A DNA stretch of 59,706 nt. It comes from an uncultured Gemmatimonadaceae bacterium (lineage in GTDB: Bacteria; Gemmatimonadota; Gemmatimonadetes; Longimicrobiales; Gaopeijiaceae). The stretch is taken from NCBI GenBank assembly GCA_964464555.1, contig CAYXGM010000007.1, positions 1 to 59,706 on the forward strand, written 5' to 3'. Positions 28,964-40,188 of the stretch are shown one piece after another (within the stretch, counting starts at the first letter, position 1; every line of letters starts with the position of its first letter). The notes beneath the pieces are model-generated. The model saw nothing but the letters and a program-made list of their open reading frames with translations. It searched no databases and was not told where the DNA came from. Made by a program: the position numbers and the translations under genes.

Positions 28964-30559
28964 TCACCGGGCCGGATCCTGGTCGAAGAGGAGGAAGGGG
29001 AAGTCCAGCTCGGTGCTGCCCTCGCCCTCTTCCCTCAGGGCGGCGGGCATGTGCTCCACAACGTCCTCGGGCGTGAGGCTGACGCCGAGCTCCGCCCGGA
29101 CGGCGGCCCGGCCGGAAGTGTGGAGCCCCAGGGCGGCGGCCTCCACGGCCGAGGACCCCTGGGCCAGGAAAGCGGCGATCACCCCCGAGAGGACGTCGCC
29201 CATGCCCGCGGCGGCCAGATCCGAGCTCCCCACCGTATCCACCAGGAGCCGGTCCCGGGGATCCGCTACCAGGGACGGGGCCCCCTTGAGGAGGACGGCG
29301 CACCCTGTCTCCCCCGCCAGCTCCAGGGCGACCTCGGGGCGGCGCTCCGTGACCTCCTTCGGACTCGTCCCGGTGAGGCGGGCCATCTCTCCCGGATGGG
29401 GCGTGAGGATCACCTCCCGCTCCCGTGCGATCTCCTGCAGGGGCGCCGCCTCCCCCCGGGCCACCAGGTTCAGAGCGTCGGCATCCAGGAGGATGGGCTC
29501 GGTCACCGCCGCCGTCAGGACCCGGTCCAGGATCTCCCTTCCCTCGTCTCCCGTACCCAACCCCGGCCCGATGCCCAGGGCCCTGGAAGAGGAGACCGCC
29601 TCCTTCACCGCCCCGGCATCCGAAGCATCCACGTAGACGGCCTCGGGCAAGGCTTCCTGTAGGATGGCCCGGTTGTCCGGAGGGGAAGCCACCCTGACGA
29701 AGCCGACCCCGGACCGGAGAGCCGCCCGGGCCGCCAGGATGGCCGCACCGGCCATGCCCGAATGGCCGGCCACCAGGAGGAGGGCGCCGACGGCGTTCTT
29801 GTGGGTGTCCGGGTCCCTGCGGGGGAGCCGGCGCCGGACCCAGCCGGGTGTGATGAGATTGGCCCGGAAGGTGTCTTCCTCCACGGGGGGAAAACCGATC
29901 TCCACCACCACCAATCGTCCCACCAACTTCCTGGCCGGGTGCAGAAGGCTCCCCAGCTTGGCCCCGCCGAAGGCCACCGTGACCTCCGCCTCCACGGCGT
30001 CGCCGGGGACCGCCCCCGTCACCGCATCCACGCCGGAGGGGACGTCCAGGGCCACGACCGGGGCCGAGGACCGGTTCATGGCATCGATGACGAAGGCCTG
30101 CCGCTCCCGGGCCGGTCCGCTGATCCCGGTCCCCAGGACCCCGTCCACCAGGACTGCCGAGCCGGCCAGCTCACCGTCCAGGAGATCACCCCGACCCTCG
30201 AAATCGGTGTCGTTCAGCGTACGGATCCCCCACCCATGCAGGAGATCCTCGTCCCCTCCCCGATCCCCCACGAGAATGGCCGTAACCGGCCGCCCCCACG
30301 CCGCCAGGTTCCGAAGGAGGACCAGCCCGTCCCCCCCGTTGTTGCCCGTTCCCACCAGCGCGGTGACGTGTCCACGGGGATGGAGACGCTGGAGGATGAC
30401 GGCGGCGGACCGGCCGGCATTCTCCATGAGGGTGTCCTGGGGCACCCCCAGCTCCTGGATGGCGTACCGGTCGAAGTCGGCGCTTTCCTGCCCCGTCGGC
30501 GCGCCTACGAGGGTCCGCCCGTAAGGACGAACGGGAAGTTGCTCGGACGGATTCATCAA
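28964..30559 (-). CDS. nnr: bifunctional NAD(P)H-hydrate epimerase / ADP-dependent dehydratase (YjeF N+C)
   Basis: YjeF-N (...TALVGTGNNGGDGLV...) and a carbohydrate-kinase-like YjeF-C domain (...AVLLKGAPSLVA...GSSDLAAAGMGDVLSG...). Confidence 0.85.
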   Translation of the reverse strand: MMNPSEQLPVRPYGRTLVGAPTGQESADFDRYAIQELGVPQDTLMENAGRSAAVILQRLHPRGHVTALVGTGNNGGDGLVLLRNLAAWGRPVTAILVGDRGGDEDLLHGWGIRTLNDTDFEGRGDLLDGELAGSAVLVDGVLGTGISGPARERQAFVIDAMNRSSAPVVALDVPSGVDAVTGAVPGDAVEAEVTVAFGGAKLGSLLHPARKLVGRLVVVEIGFPPVEEDTFRANLITPGWVRRRLPRRDPDTHKNAVGALLLVAGHSGMAGAAILAARAALRSGVGFVRVASPPDNRAILQEALPEAVYVDASDAGAVKEAVSSSRALGIGPGLGTGDEGREILDRVLTAAVTEPILLDADALNLVARGEAAPLQEIAREREVILTPHPGEMARLTGTSPKEVTERRPEVALELAGETGCAVLLKGAPSLVADPRDRLLVDTVGSSDLAAAGMGDVLSGVIAAFLAQGSSAVEAAALGLHTSGRAAVRAELGVSLTPEDVVEHMPAALREEGEGSTELDFPFLLFDQDPAR

Positions 30560-30646
30560 AGTCCCCCGGGATGGAGGGAGGTCGAAAAGTTGAAAGCTGG
30601 AGAGCCCGCCCCCCGCCAGTCGACGGGGATCGGGTCCGGTAGAGAG

Positions 30647-30871
30647 CTACTTGTAGCTCTGGCCGATGGTGCGGCCGAAGGTGATCTCTCCGTTGTCGAT
30701 GCGGATGTTGAAGCCGCAGTCGGGGCTCGAGCACACCCACGCTTTGTAGCGGATCGGTGCCCCGTCCCGGCCGTAGTCCGAGAGGGGGATGAGAATCCCG
30801 TTGTCACATTTCTGGCATTTGGGGTATCCGCTGTCTTCCACCATGGTCAGCCCCTCCCAAAAACAGGTCAA
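30647..30871 (-). CDS. small zinc-ribbon protein (CxxC...CxxxxC; YgiT/MqsA-N-like)
   Basis: 65-74 aa with four Cys (KCQKCDNG ... VCSSPDCGF). Coding-like codon usage. Start may be the internal MVEDSG. Confidence 0.45.
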   Translation of the reverse strand: MTCFWEGLTMVEDSGYPKCQKCDNGILIPLSDYGRDGAPIRYKAWVCSSPDCGFNIRIDNGEITFGRTIGQSYK

Positions 30872-30925
30872 TCACTGGGCCCTGCCCGGGTATGTCCCGC
30901 GGACCCCCCGACACCCTCCCCGGGG

Positions 30926-31306
30926 TCAGATCCTCCCGCCCCAGGGATAGTTGCGCTCGAAGGCCTCCTCGAAATCGAAGAGGCCGCAGAAATCGTCCCG
31001 GCTGTCTTCTTCCCTCTTGATGAGGACTCCGCACTCCACCATGGCAAACACGATGTCCCCCAGATCTTCGGTGGAGTGGATTCCCCAATGAGCCAGCACC
31101 GTGCGGGCCATGGGACCGTACTGCCTCAGTGCAAGGTCCTTTGCCCCCCGGGCCAACTCTTTCCCGGAAATGTGCCGAGGTTCCTCGAGTCCGTCCAACA
31201 CTTCGTGGAGGGCGGAGAGGAGAAAGAGATAGGCCTTCCCGTGGAAGCGGGGGTTCCGCTCCAGGAGATGGTCGAGAATCTCTTCGGCAACTTGCAGATC
31301 CGGCAT
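30926..31306 (-). CDS. hypothetical conserved small protein (126 aa)
   Basis: Clean minus-strand ORF. It faintly resembles a small conserved family (Minf_1886-like). Recognition is weak. Confidence 0.45.
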   Translation of the reverse strand: MPDLQVAEEILDHLLERNPRFHGKAYLFLLSALHEVLDGLEEPRHISGKELARGAKDLALRQYGPMARTVLAHWGIHSTEDLGDIVFAMVECGVLIKREEDSRDDFCGLFDFEEAFERNYPWGGRI

Positions 31307-31425
31307 GGGTGAAAACTTACGCTCTGGCCGACGGGACGCCAGCCTTGGGTAGAGACCGAGGAGGCCGGGGCCGGGGAGACTTCCCTTTTCGGCCCCGGGG
31401 TCAGGGGGCGGTAGCCCGTGCCATG

Positions 31426-32688
31426 CTACTCCAGGGAGACGAGATCCTGGTAGAGGGGAAAGGCCCCGCAGAGCTCCGTTACCCCACCGCGAACCTCCCC
31501 GATGAGCGCTTCGTTGGTGGGGGCGTCCAGGATCTGCAACATCCAGGCGGCAATCCGGCGCATCTCCTCCGTCCCCATCCCCCGTGTCGTGAGGGCCGGT
31601 GTGCCGATGCGGAGTCCCGAGGTGACGAAGGGCGAGCGGGTCTCCCCCGGGACCGTGTTCTTGTTCACGGTGATTCCCGCCGCCTCCAGGGCGTGCTCGG
31701 CGTCCTTCCCGGGAAGATCCGGGTGGCTGGGCCTCAGATCCACCAGGAGGAGGTGGTTGTCGGTCCCGTCGCTCACCAGCTTCAGTCCCCGGTCCATGAG
31801 CCCCCCGGCCAGGGCCTGGGCATTGTCCACCACCTTCTGCGTGTACTCCTTGAACCCCGGCTCCAGGGCCTCCTTGAAGGCCACGGCCTTGGCGGTGATG
31901 ACGTGCATGAGGGGACCGCCCTGGGTCCCGGGGAAGACGGCTTTGTCGATGGCCTTGGCGTGCTCCTCCTTGCAGAGGATGAGCCCGCCGCGGGGCCCCC
32001 GAAGGGTCTTGTGGGTGGTAGTGGTCACCACGTCGGCGTGGGGAACCGGGCTGGGGTGCACCCCGGTGGCCACCAATCCGGCGATGTGAGCCATGTCCAC
32101 CAGGAGAACGGCGCCCACCTCCTTCGCCACGGAGGCGAAGGCCTCGAAGTCGATGACCCTGGGATAGGCGCTGGCGCCGGCGATGATGAGTTGGGGCTTC
32201 TCTTCCAGGGCCTGGTCCCTGAGGGCTTCGTAGTCGATCCGTCCGTCGGATTCCCGCACCCCGTAGGCCCCCACCTCGAAGAGGGTGCCGCTGAAATTCA
32301 CCGGCGAGCCGTGGGTCAGGTGTCCGCCGTGGCTCAGATCCATGCCCAGAATGCGATCGCCGGCCTTCAGGAAGGCCAGATAGGCCGCCATGTTGGCCTG
32401 GGCCCCGGCGTGGGGCTGGACATTGGCATGGTCGGCCCTGAAGAGGATCTTCGCCCGTTCACGGGCCAGATCCTCGGCCACATCCACATGCTCGCACCCG
32501 CCGTAGTAGCGCTTGGACGGGAGCCCCTCGGCATACTTGTTCGTGAGAACGGTTCCCATGGCTTCCAGGACCGCCCGGGATACGAAGTTCTCGCTGGCGA
32601 TGAGCTCGAGCTGAGAGGCCTGGCGGCGGGTCTCGGCCTGCACGGCCGCATACGCCTCGGGATCGGTGGACTTCAGATGATCCAACAT
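31426..32688 (-). CDS. glyA: serine hydroxymethyltransferase
   Basis: ...[15 protein letters not shown]...[15 protein letters not shown]... (PLP lysine region). Full length. Confidence 0.9.
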   Translation of the reverse strand: MLDHLKSTDPEAYAAVQAETRRQASQLELIASENFVSRAVLEAMGTVLTNKYAEGLPSKRYYGGCEHVDVAEDLARERAKILFRADHANVQPHAGAQANMAAYLAFLKAGDRILGMDLSHGGHLTHGSPVNFSGTLFEVGAYGVRESDGRIDYEALRDQALEEKPQLIIAGASAYPRVIDFEAFASVAKEVGAVLLVDMAHIAGLVATGVHPSPVPHADVVTTTTHKTLRGPRGGLILCKEEHAKAIDKAVFPGTQGGPLMHVITAKAVAFKEALEPGFKEYTQKVVDNAQALAGGLMDRGLKLVSDGTDNHLLLVDLRPSHPDLPGKDAEHALEAAGITVNKNTVPGETRSPFVTSGLRIGTPALTTRGMGTEEMRRIAAWMLQILDAPTNEALIGEVRGGVTELCGAFPLYQDLVSLE

Positions 32689-32812
32689 TCGTGCTTCTCG
32701 TTTCTCGGGTGTGTTCCATGAGGCTGCCGGGACTCCGGCATCGGGGCCCCGGCAACCGAAGGTTCAAGAAAACGGGGACCGGGCCGCCCGGCACGGACCG
32801 GACCGGTCAACC

Positions 32813-33889
32813 TCAACTGTCGTAGTCCAGGCAGCTCAGCTCGGTGCGATGGAGGTACCGGATCTCTTCCATCCGCTGCTCCGCCACCCTGTCCGCAGCT
32901 TCGGCCGAGGTGATTTTCTCCTCACCGGCCAGCTCCAGGATCCGGATGAGCGTGTGATAGATCTCGCCGGCCTTCCGGAGACTCCGCTCCGAGGGCCATC
33001 CCTCGATCTCGGCGTACACGTTGATGAGGCCCCCGGCGTTCACCAGGTAGTCGGGTCCGTAGAGGATGCCCCTGTCTTCCACTTCCTTGGCATGCCGGGG
33101 CTCGGCGAGCTGGTTGTTGGCTCCACCCACGACGATGTCCACGTCCAGGACCTCGAGGGTGTCGTCGTTCAGGATGGCGCCCAGGGCGCAGGGGGCGAAG
33201 ATGTGGGCGTCCACGGCGTAGATCTCATCGGGCTTCACGGCGGTGGCCCCGAACTCGTCCCCCACCACCTTCACCTTCTCTTCGTCGATGTCGGTGACGG
33301 TGAGCCGGGCCCCTTCCTCCGCCAGGTCCTGGCAAAGGAAATAGCCGACATGTCCGACGCCCTGGACCGTAACGTGCTTACCCTCCAGGGAGTCGCTTCC
33401 GTATTTGTACAGGGCTGCGGCCTTCATGGCCTGATAAACCCCGAAGGCCGTCACCGGGGAGGGATCGCCGGACTTGCCCATGAGCCCCACCACGTGGTCC
33501 GTCTCCATGTGGACGAAGTCCATGTCGGCGGGAGAGGTACCCACGTCCTCGGCGGTGATGTAGCGGCCGGCCAGGGACTCCACGGCCCGGCCGTGGGCCC
33601 GGAAGATCATCTCCCGGTCGCGGGTGTTGGGGTCCCCGACGATGACCGACTTGCCTCCGCCCAGATTCAGCCCCGCCAGGGCGGACTTATAGGTCATGCC
33701 CCGAGCCAGGCGGAGGGCGTCCTCGATGGCCTCGCCGTCGGTGTCGTAGTCCCAGAACCGGGTTCCACCCAGGGCCGGGCCCAGAGTGGTGTCATGAATG
33801 GCAATGATGCCTTTGTAGCCGATTCGGGGCTCGTTCCAGAACACCAACTGTTCGTGCTCCCGCTGGCTCATCCTTTCAAAAATCTCCAT
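32813..33889 (-). CDS. Leu/Val/Phe dehydrogenase family (Glu/Leu/Phe/Val dehydrogenase superfamily)
   Basis: ...GPALGGTRFWDY...LAGLNLGGGKSVIVG... and an NAD-binding region GVGHVGYFL. Confidence 0.8.
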   Translation of the reverse strand: MEIFERMSQREHEQLVFWNEPRIGYKGIIAIHDTTLGPALGGTRFWDYDTDGEAIEDALRLARGMTYKSALAGLNLGGGKSVIVGDPNTRDREMIFRAHGRAVESLAGRYITAEDVGTSPADMDFVHMETDHVVGLMGKSGDPSPVTAFGVYQAMKAAALYKYGSDSLEGKHVTVQGVGHVGYFLCQDLAEEGARLTVTDIDEEKVKVVGDEFGATAVKPDEIYAVDAHIFAPCALGAILNDDTLEVLDVDIVVGGANNQLAEPRHAKEVEDRGILYGPDYLVNAGGLINVYAEIEGWPSERSLRKAGEIYHTLIRILELAGEEKITSAEAADRVAEQRMEEIRYLHRTELSCLDYDS

Positions 33890-33937
33890 TCGGGCTTCCT
33901 CCCGGTTATGGGGTCCGTTCCATGTTGAAAAAGCTCT

Positions 33938-35104
33938 TCAGGCCCTGCCTTCGCCCAGGGCGTCCCTGGCGATGACGAGCCTCATGATCTCGCTCGTTCC
34001 CTCGTAGATCTCCGTCCCCTTGGCATCCCGCAGGAGCTTCTCCACGGGATAGTCCCGCATGTAGCCGTAGCCCCCGAAGATCTGCACGGCCTCGTCGGTG
34101 ATCCACACCGAAGACTCGGAAGCTACCAATTTGGCCATGGCCGCCAAAGCCCTCGCCGAGGGCGCCTCCGAATCTCCCCGTCCTTCCAGGGCCTCGGCAG
34201 CGGACCGGGACACCGAGCGCGCCGACGTGAGGCGTGTTTGCATTTCGGCCAGCTTGAACCGGGTAGCCTGAAACTCGGTGAGAGCCCGGCCGAACTGGAC
34301 TCTTTCCAGGGCGTACTCCCGGGCGTGCTCGAAGGCGGCCCGGGCAATGCCCATGGACTGGACGGCGATGCCCAGCCGGCCCACGTCCAGGGAGGCCATG
34401 GCGTACCTCAAGCCCGCCCCCTCCTCCCCCAGGAGCCCCTCCGGCCCCAACCGGTAGTCCTCCAGGTGGACTTCCACGGTATGGGACCCGGCCAGGCCCA
34501 TGGTGACCTCCCGTTTTCCCACCCGGTACCCGGGAAGTCGGGGATCCACCAGAAAAGCGCTGATGGCCTTTCCCTCCTTCTCACGGGCGAAGAGGACCAC
34601 GAGTCCTTCCCGGTCCCCGTTGGTCACCCACTTCTTGGTTCCGTTCAGGACCCACCCGTCTCCGTCCCGGGTCCAGGTGGTCCGGAGGTTGGCGGCATCG
34701 CTCCCGGCCTCGGCCTCGGAGAGGGCAAAGGCACCCAGGCGTTCCCCCGAGGCCAGAGACGGAAGGTAGCGCTCCTTCTGTTCGTCGGTCCCGTAGCCGG
34801 TGAGGAGAAAGGGCACCGGGCCCGAGTGGATGGCCACGGTCAACGCCACGCTGGCGTCTCCCCAGGCCAGCTCCTCCAGGACCAGGAGGTAGGTGACGAG
34901 ATCCAGCTCCAGCCCCCCATAGGCCTCGGGAACCAGCATTCCCATGAATCCCAGCTCACCCAGCTTGGAGAAGATCTCGGGATCCAACTCCCGCCGCTCA
35001 TCCCACTCGGCGGCGTAGGGCCGGATCTCACCCAGGGCGAACTCCCGGGCCAGGGCCCGGATCTCCCTCTGTTCCTCCGTCAACTGAAGGGTCACGGCAT
35101 GCAC
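33938..35104 (-). CDS. acyl-CoA dehydrogenase
   Basis: Full-length acyl-CoA dehydrogenase pattern, including the C-terminal catalytic region ...QIFGGYGYMRDYPVEKLLRDAKGTEIYEGTSEI... Confidence 0.85.
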   Translation of the reverse strand: MHAVTLQLTEEQREIRALAREFALGEIRPYAAEWDERRELDPEIFSKLGELGFMGMLVPEAYGGLELDLVTYLLVLEELAWGDASVALTVAIHSGPVPFLLTGYGTDEQKERYLPSLASGERLGAFALSEAEAGSDAANLRTTWTRDGDGWVLNGTKKWVTNGDREGLVVLFAREKEGKAISAFLVDPRLPGYRVGKREVTMGLAGSHTVEVHLEDYRLGPEGLLGEEGAGLRYAMASLDVGRLGIAVQSMGIARAAFEHAREYALERVQFGRALTEFQATRFKLAEMQTRLTSARSVSRSAAEALEGRGDSEAPSARALAAMAKLVASESSVWITDEAVQIFGGYGYMRDYPVEKLLRDAKGTEIYEGTSEIMRLVIARDALGEGRA

Positions 35105-35152
35105 CTCGACGTCGGCGGCAACGAGAAAGGAGGGCGGGTCACCGTGCGCACC

Positions 35153-36010
35153 TCAGCCCTCGTACCCGTAGAAGCCCTTCCCGGACTTCCGGCCCAGCCA
35201 ACCCGCTGCCACGTACTTCCGGAGCAGGGGGCAGGGCCGGTAGCGATCGTCCCCCAGGTCCCGGTGCAGGACCTCCAGGATGCTCAGACAGGTGTCCAGA
35301 CCGATGAGGTCGGCCAGAGCCAGAGGGCCCATGGGATGGGCCATGCCCAGCTTCATGACCGTGTCGATGGCCTCGGCCTCGGCGACGCCTTCCATGAGGG
35401 CGAAGACCGCCTCGTTGATCATGGGCATGAGAACCCGATTCGACACGAATCCGGGGAAATCGTTCACCTCCACCGGAGTCTTTCCCAGCTCCTCGGAGAG
35501 GGTCATGACGGCCTGGGTGGTGTCATCGTCGGTGGCCAGGCCCCGGATGACCTCCACCAGCTTCATCATGGGCACCGGGTTCATGAAATGCATCCCGATG
35601 ACCTTCTCCGGCCTGGCAGTGAAGGCGGCAATCTCGGTGATGGAGATGGAGGAGGTGTTGGAGGCCAGGATGGCGCCCTCGGGGGCGAACTCATCCAGGA
35701 TCTTGAAGATTCGCTCCTTCAGCTCCAGCGATTCGGGCACGGCCTCCACCACCAACTCGATTCCCTTCACTCCGTCCTCCAGGGAGGTCGTGGTGTTGAT
35801 CCGCCCCATGGCGGCATCCCTGTCGTCCTGGGTGATCTTCTCCTTCTTCACCTGCCGGTCCATGTTCTTGCTGATGGTGGCCAGGGCCTTCTCCAGGAGC
35901 TCGTCGCTCATGTCCACCAGGGTTACCTCGCGGCCTGCCTGGGCCGCTACGTGGACGATGCCGTTTCCCATGGTTCCGCCACCGACGACGGTGATCTTCT
36001 CGACACTCAT
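35153..36010 (-). CDS. hbd: 3-hydroxybutyryl-CoA / 3-hydroxyacyl-CoA dehydrogenase
   Basis: The N-terminal Rossmann motif [12 protein letters not shown] and the rest match the Hbd family. Confidence 0.85.
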   Translation of the reverse strand: MSVEKITVVGGGTMGNGIVHVAAQAGREVTLVDMSDELLEKALATISKNMDRQVKKEKITQDDRDAAMGRINTTTSLEDGVKGIELVVEAVPESLELKERIFKILDEFAPEGAILASNTSSISITEIAAFTARPEKVIGMHFMNPVPMMKLVEVIRGLATDDDTTQAVMTLSEELGKTPVEVNDFPGFVSNRVLMPMINEAVFALMEGVAEAEAIDTVMKLGMAHPMGPLALADLIGLDTCLSILEVLHRDLGDDRYRPCPLLRKYVAAGWLGRKSGKGFYGYEG

Positions 36011-36909
36011 GGATTCCTCCGAAACTCATCAGGTTCAAAGGTCCCCTCTTCCCCCCCCGAAACCGGTGAGACACCGGCGCCGGAAAGGATGAGGGGCCGC
36101 GTTTCCTTTGCTGCTTCCCCGGGGGCGAGCCGCGGTGTCCGCCAGAGAACGAGGGCCGCCAGACCCACCAGGACCGTGGCCACCAGCGACCCTTCGGGCC
36201 CGAACGCACCTCCTGTGAGCCAGTCCGGACCCACGACCCGAGGCTCCAGCAGGGGCGCATCCACCAACTCCAGACCGCTGACGGGAAGATCCGCCAGAAA
36301 GCCCAACGCCCAGTTCCACCCCAGGTGGGCCCCCGTGGCCCACCAGAGGCTGGCCGTCTTCAGGTAGACCACGCCCAGAAAGAGGCCGGCCACCACCAGG
36401 TTGACCATCCCCAGGGCGCTCAGACTCGGGTTCGTGAAGTGCAGGAACCCGAAGAGGATGGCGGTGACCCACAGGGCCTCCACCCTTCCAACCCCCTCTG
36501 CCAGCGCCTGGAAGACATACCCTCGCAGGAGAGCCTCCTCCGCCGCCGCCGGGACGGTGAAGAGCCAGAGGGAAGACGCGGCCTCTCTCAGGTACTCCGC
36601 CGGGCTCCCGCCCTGAGCGGTCCACCGGAGGCCCCCACCCCCCACCATGCCCAGGATGACCATCCCCCCTACCACCACGCCGACCCCGATCCCCTTCGCC
36701 ACCTCTCCCAGCGCCGAAGGGTGCAGGTAGAAGCCCAGAGCGCCCGGCTCCCGCCCGTCCAGGGCCAGGAGGTACCACCCGGCCAGGAGGGCGCCCACCA
36801 GGACCGGGAGCGTCCGCCCCGGGAGTCCCGGGATGGGGACCAGTGCAACCGGTACGGCACACGCCGTGAAGAGGACCAGGAAGAGGGTGATCCTCCACCC
36901 CAGCCGCAT
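36007..36909 (-). CDS. CPBP-family intramembrane metalloprotease (CAAX protease/Abi)
   Basis: Multi-TM protein with motifs EEALLRGY and FGFLH. Likely start is [14 protein letters not shown]. Overlaps the hbd start by 4 nt. Confidence 0.7.
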   Translation of the reverse strand: MRLGWRITLFLVLFTACAVPVALVPIPGLPGRTLPVLVGALLAGWYLLALDGREPGALGFYLHPSALGEVAKGIGVGVVVGGMVILGMVGGGGLRWTAQGGSPAEYLREAASSLWLFTVPAAAEEALLRGYVFQALAEGVGRVEALWVTAILFGFLHFTNPSLSALGMVNLVVAGLFLGVVYLKTASLWWATGAHLGWNWALGFLADLPVSGLELVDAPLLEPRVVGPDWLTGGAFGPEGSLVATVLVGLAALVLWRTPRLAPGEAAKETRPLILSGAGVSPVSGGEEGTFEPDEFRRNP

Positions 36910-37008
36910 CCTCGGACCGTCTGTTGTCAAGGTCCCCAAAACCATCGCCCCCGGAGCTCCGTCCCACCGAAAAAGCCCCGGGAACCGAAGGCGCCCGGGG
37001 CTCATGAC

Positions 37009-38220
<1,212 letters not shown>

Positions 38221-38376
38221 GAATCGTCCTCTCCCTCTTCCATGGTTCGTCCTCTTCGACACCGGCCCCGGACGAGCCGGGGGCGGACAAAATAGGGTCT
38301 TGTCAGCCTCGGGGCACGCCCTCGGCGGGTCGTCACCCCCCCGAGGAGGCCCGCCACCCCCTTTCCCGTCAGCCTC

Positions 38377-39324
38377 CTACGGGCCCCGGCCCTCCAGGGG
38401 CAACAGGACCGGGCGTTCCTCCTTCGGATCCATGCGGCCCCAGGGCACCTCCACGTCATGCTGAAAGATGAGGATCCAGCCCTCGTCCCGAAGGGTGTCC
38501 CAGAGCCCCTTCTTCGTCTCCAGCGTCACCAGGGGCTCCAGGTCGTACCCCATGATCCAGGGGAGGGGGAGGTGGGCCGCCGTGGGACAGAGGTCCGCCA
38601 GGAAGATGGCCTTCTCCCCACCGCTCTCCAGGACGATGGACTGGTGATGGGGGGTGTGCCCCGGGGTGGGGAGGAGGCGGAGGCCTTCCGCCGGCTCCGT
38701 GACCCCGTCCACCGCATCCACCAGACCCTCCTCCACCAGGGGAAGGAAGTTACGGGCCATGTAGGAGGCCCTGACCCGTTCGTTGGGACTCACGGCGAAG
38801 TCCAGCTCTCCTCTCTGCACCACGTATCGGGCCCGGGGAAAAGCGGGGGCGGTGCTCCCGTCCTCCTCACGTACCAGATTCCCTCCGGCGTGGTCGAAGT
38901 GGAGGTGGGTGTTGATCACCATCTCCACATCCTCGGGGGCGTGACCGGCGGCCCGGACGGCGTCCTCCAGGCGGGTGGGCGAGCCATCGTTGTCCACCCC
39001 GTAGATGTTCATGAACTTCTCCGATTCCTTGTTGCCGATCCCCGTATCCACCAGCACCAGGGCCGAGGGCGTCTCCACCAGGAGGCACCGGAGGGCCAGG
39101 GGAATCCTGTGACGGTGGTCCGGGGCGATCTTGCGTTCCCAGAGGGGTCGGGGAACGACCCCGAACATGGCGCCCCCGTCCAGCCACTGGACCCCGGCCT
39201 CCAGGGCATGGATGACCAGGTTCCCGAGCTCCAGGGTCCGCGAGAGGGGAAGATCGTCGGCCCGGATCCGGGTCGACGGGGAAGATTCAACCTTCATGAA
39301 ATTGTCCTTTCCGGACGGTGTCAT
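38377..39324 (-). CDS. MBL-fold metallo-hydrolase
   Basis: HxHxDH motif THLHFDHAGG. The start ATG overlaps the rsmA stop (ATGA). An alternative start is at 39297. Confidence 0.7.
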   Translation of the reverse strand: MTPSGKDNFMKVESSPSTRIRADDLPLSRTLELGNLVIHALEAGVQWLDGGAMFGVVPRPLWERKIAPDHRHRIPLALRCLLVETPSALVLVDTGIGNKESEKFMNIYGVDNDGSPTRLEDAVRAAGHAPEDVEMVINTHLHFDHAGGNLVREEDGSTAPAFPRARYVVQRGELDFAVSPNERVRASYMARNFLPLVEEGLVDAVDGVTEPAEGLRLLPTPGHTPHHQSIVLESGGEKAIFLADLCPTAAHLPLPWIMGYDLEPLVTLETKKGLWDTLRDEGWILIFQHDVEVPWGRMDPKEERPVLLPLEGRGP

Positions 39325-40145
39325 CGTTTCCCCTTCCGGCTCGGAAGGAGGCGCCGGGAGAGGGCCAGGAGCTCGTCGGTGGAGAGCGTTCCGGGCCGCC
39401 GGGTCAGATCCAGCCCCGTCACCCCCTCCAGGGCCTGCACCTCCTCCCGGGACAGGCGAGTCCGGGGGTGATTGCGAAGGATGCTCTGGATCTGCTTGCG
39501 CCGCTGTCCGAACACCATCCGGGTGAGCTCCCGGAGAGCCCCCTCCTCCGCCCGGGAAAGGGGCTCGGGGCGCACGGGGCGGACCCGGATCACCATGGAG
39601 TCCACGGCGGGAACGGGACGAAAAGCCGAGGCCGGGACCTCGAGGACCTTCTCCACGTCCGCCACGCTCCGGACGCCCACGGAAAGGGCCCCGTAAGCCG
39701 ACGAGCCCGGAGGAGCCATGATCCGCTCCGCCACCTCCTTCTGGACCATGAGGAGGATCTCCCGCGGCCGGGGCGTGGCCAGGAGGTGAAAGAGGATGGG
39801 CGTGGTGATGTTGTAGGGGATGTTCCCCACGACCTTGAGCTCCGCCACGCCCTCGGTGAGCTCCTCCAGATCCACCTCCAGGATGTCCCGGTTCAGAACG
39901 CTCAGACCAGGAACGCCCCCGTGCTCGGCCTCCAGGGCGGCGGCCAGATCACGGTCCAGCTCCACCAGGAAGAGCCGCCCGCACCGCCCCACCAGGTGCT
40001 GCGTGAGCGCACCCTTCCCCGGTCCCACCTCCAGGACCTCGTCCCCGGGGGCGGGATCGAGTGCCTCCACGATCTTCCGCTGGAGGTTTCCGTCCACCAG
40101 AAAATTCTGTCCCAGGGATCGCTTGGGGCGGTGGTGAGGCGACAC
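39321..40145 (-). CDS. rsmA: 16S rRNA (adenine1518/1519-N6)-dimethyltransferase
   Basis: ...LGQNFLVD...VLEVGPGKGALT... with a SAM-binding fold. Confidence 0.85.
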   Translation of the reverse strand: MSPHHRPKRSLGQNFLVDGNLQRKIVEALDPAPGDEVLEVGPGKGALTQHLVGRCGRLFLVELDRDLAAALEAEHGGVPGLSVLNRDILEVDLEELTEGVAELKVVGNIPYNITTPILFHLLATPRPREILLMVQKEVAERIMAPPGSSAYGALSVGVRSVADVEKVLEVPASAFRPVPAVDSMVIRVRPVRPEPLSRAEEGALRELTRMVFGQRRKQIQSILRNHPRTRLSREEVQALEGVTGLDLTRRPGTLSTDELLALSRRLLPSRKGKR

Positions 40146-40188
40146 GGCAGAGGATCCGTTCGGCGGCTCCGGGGGTGGGACCCGGATC

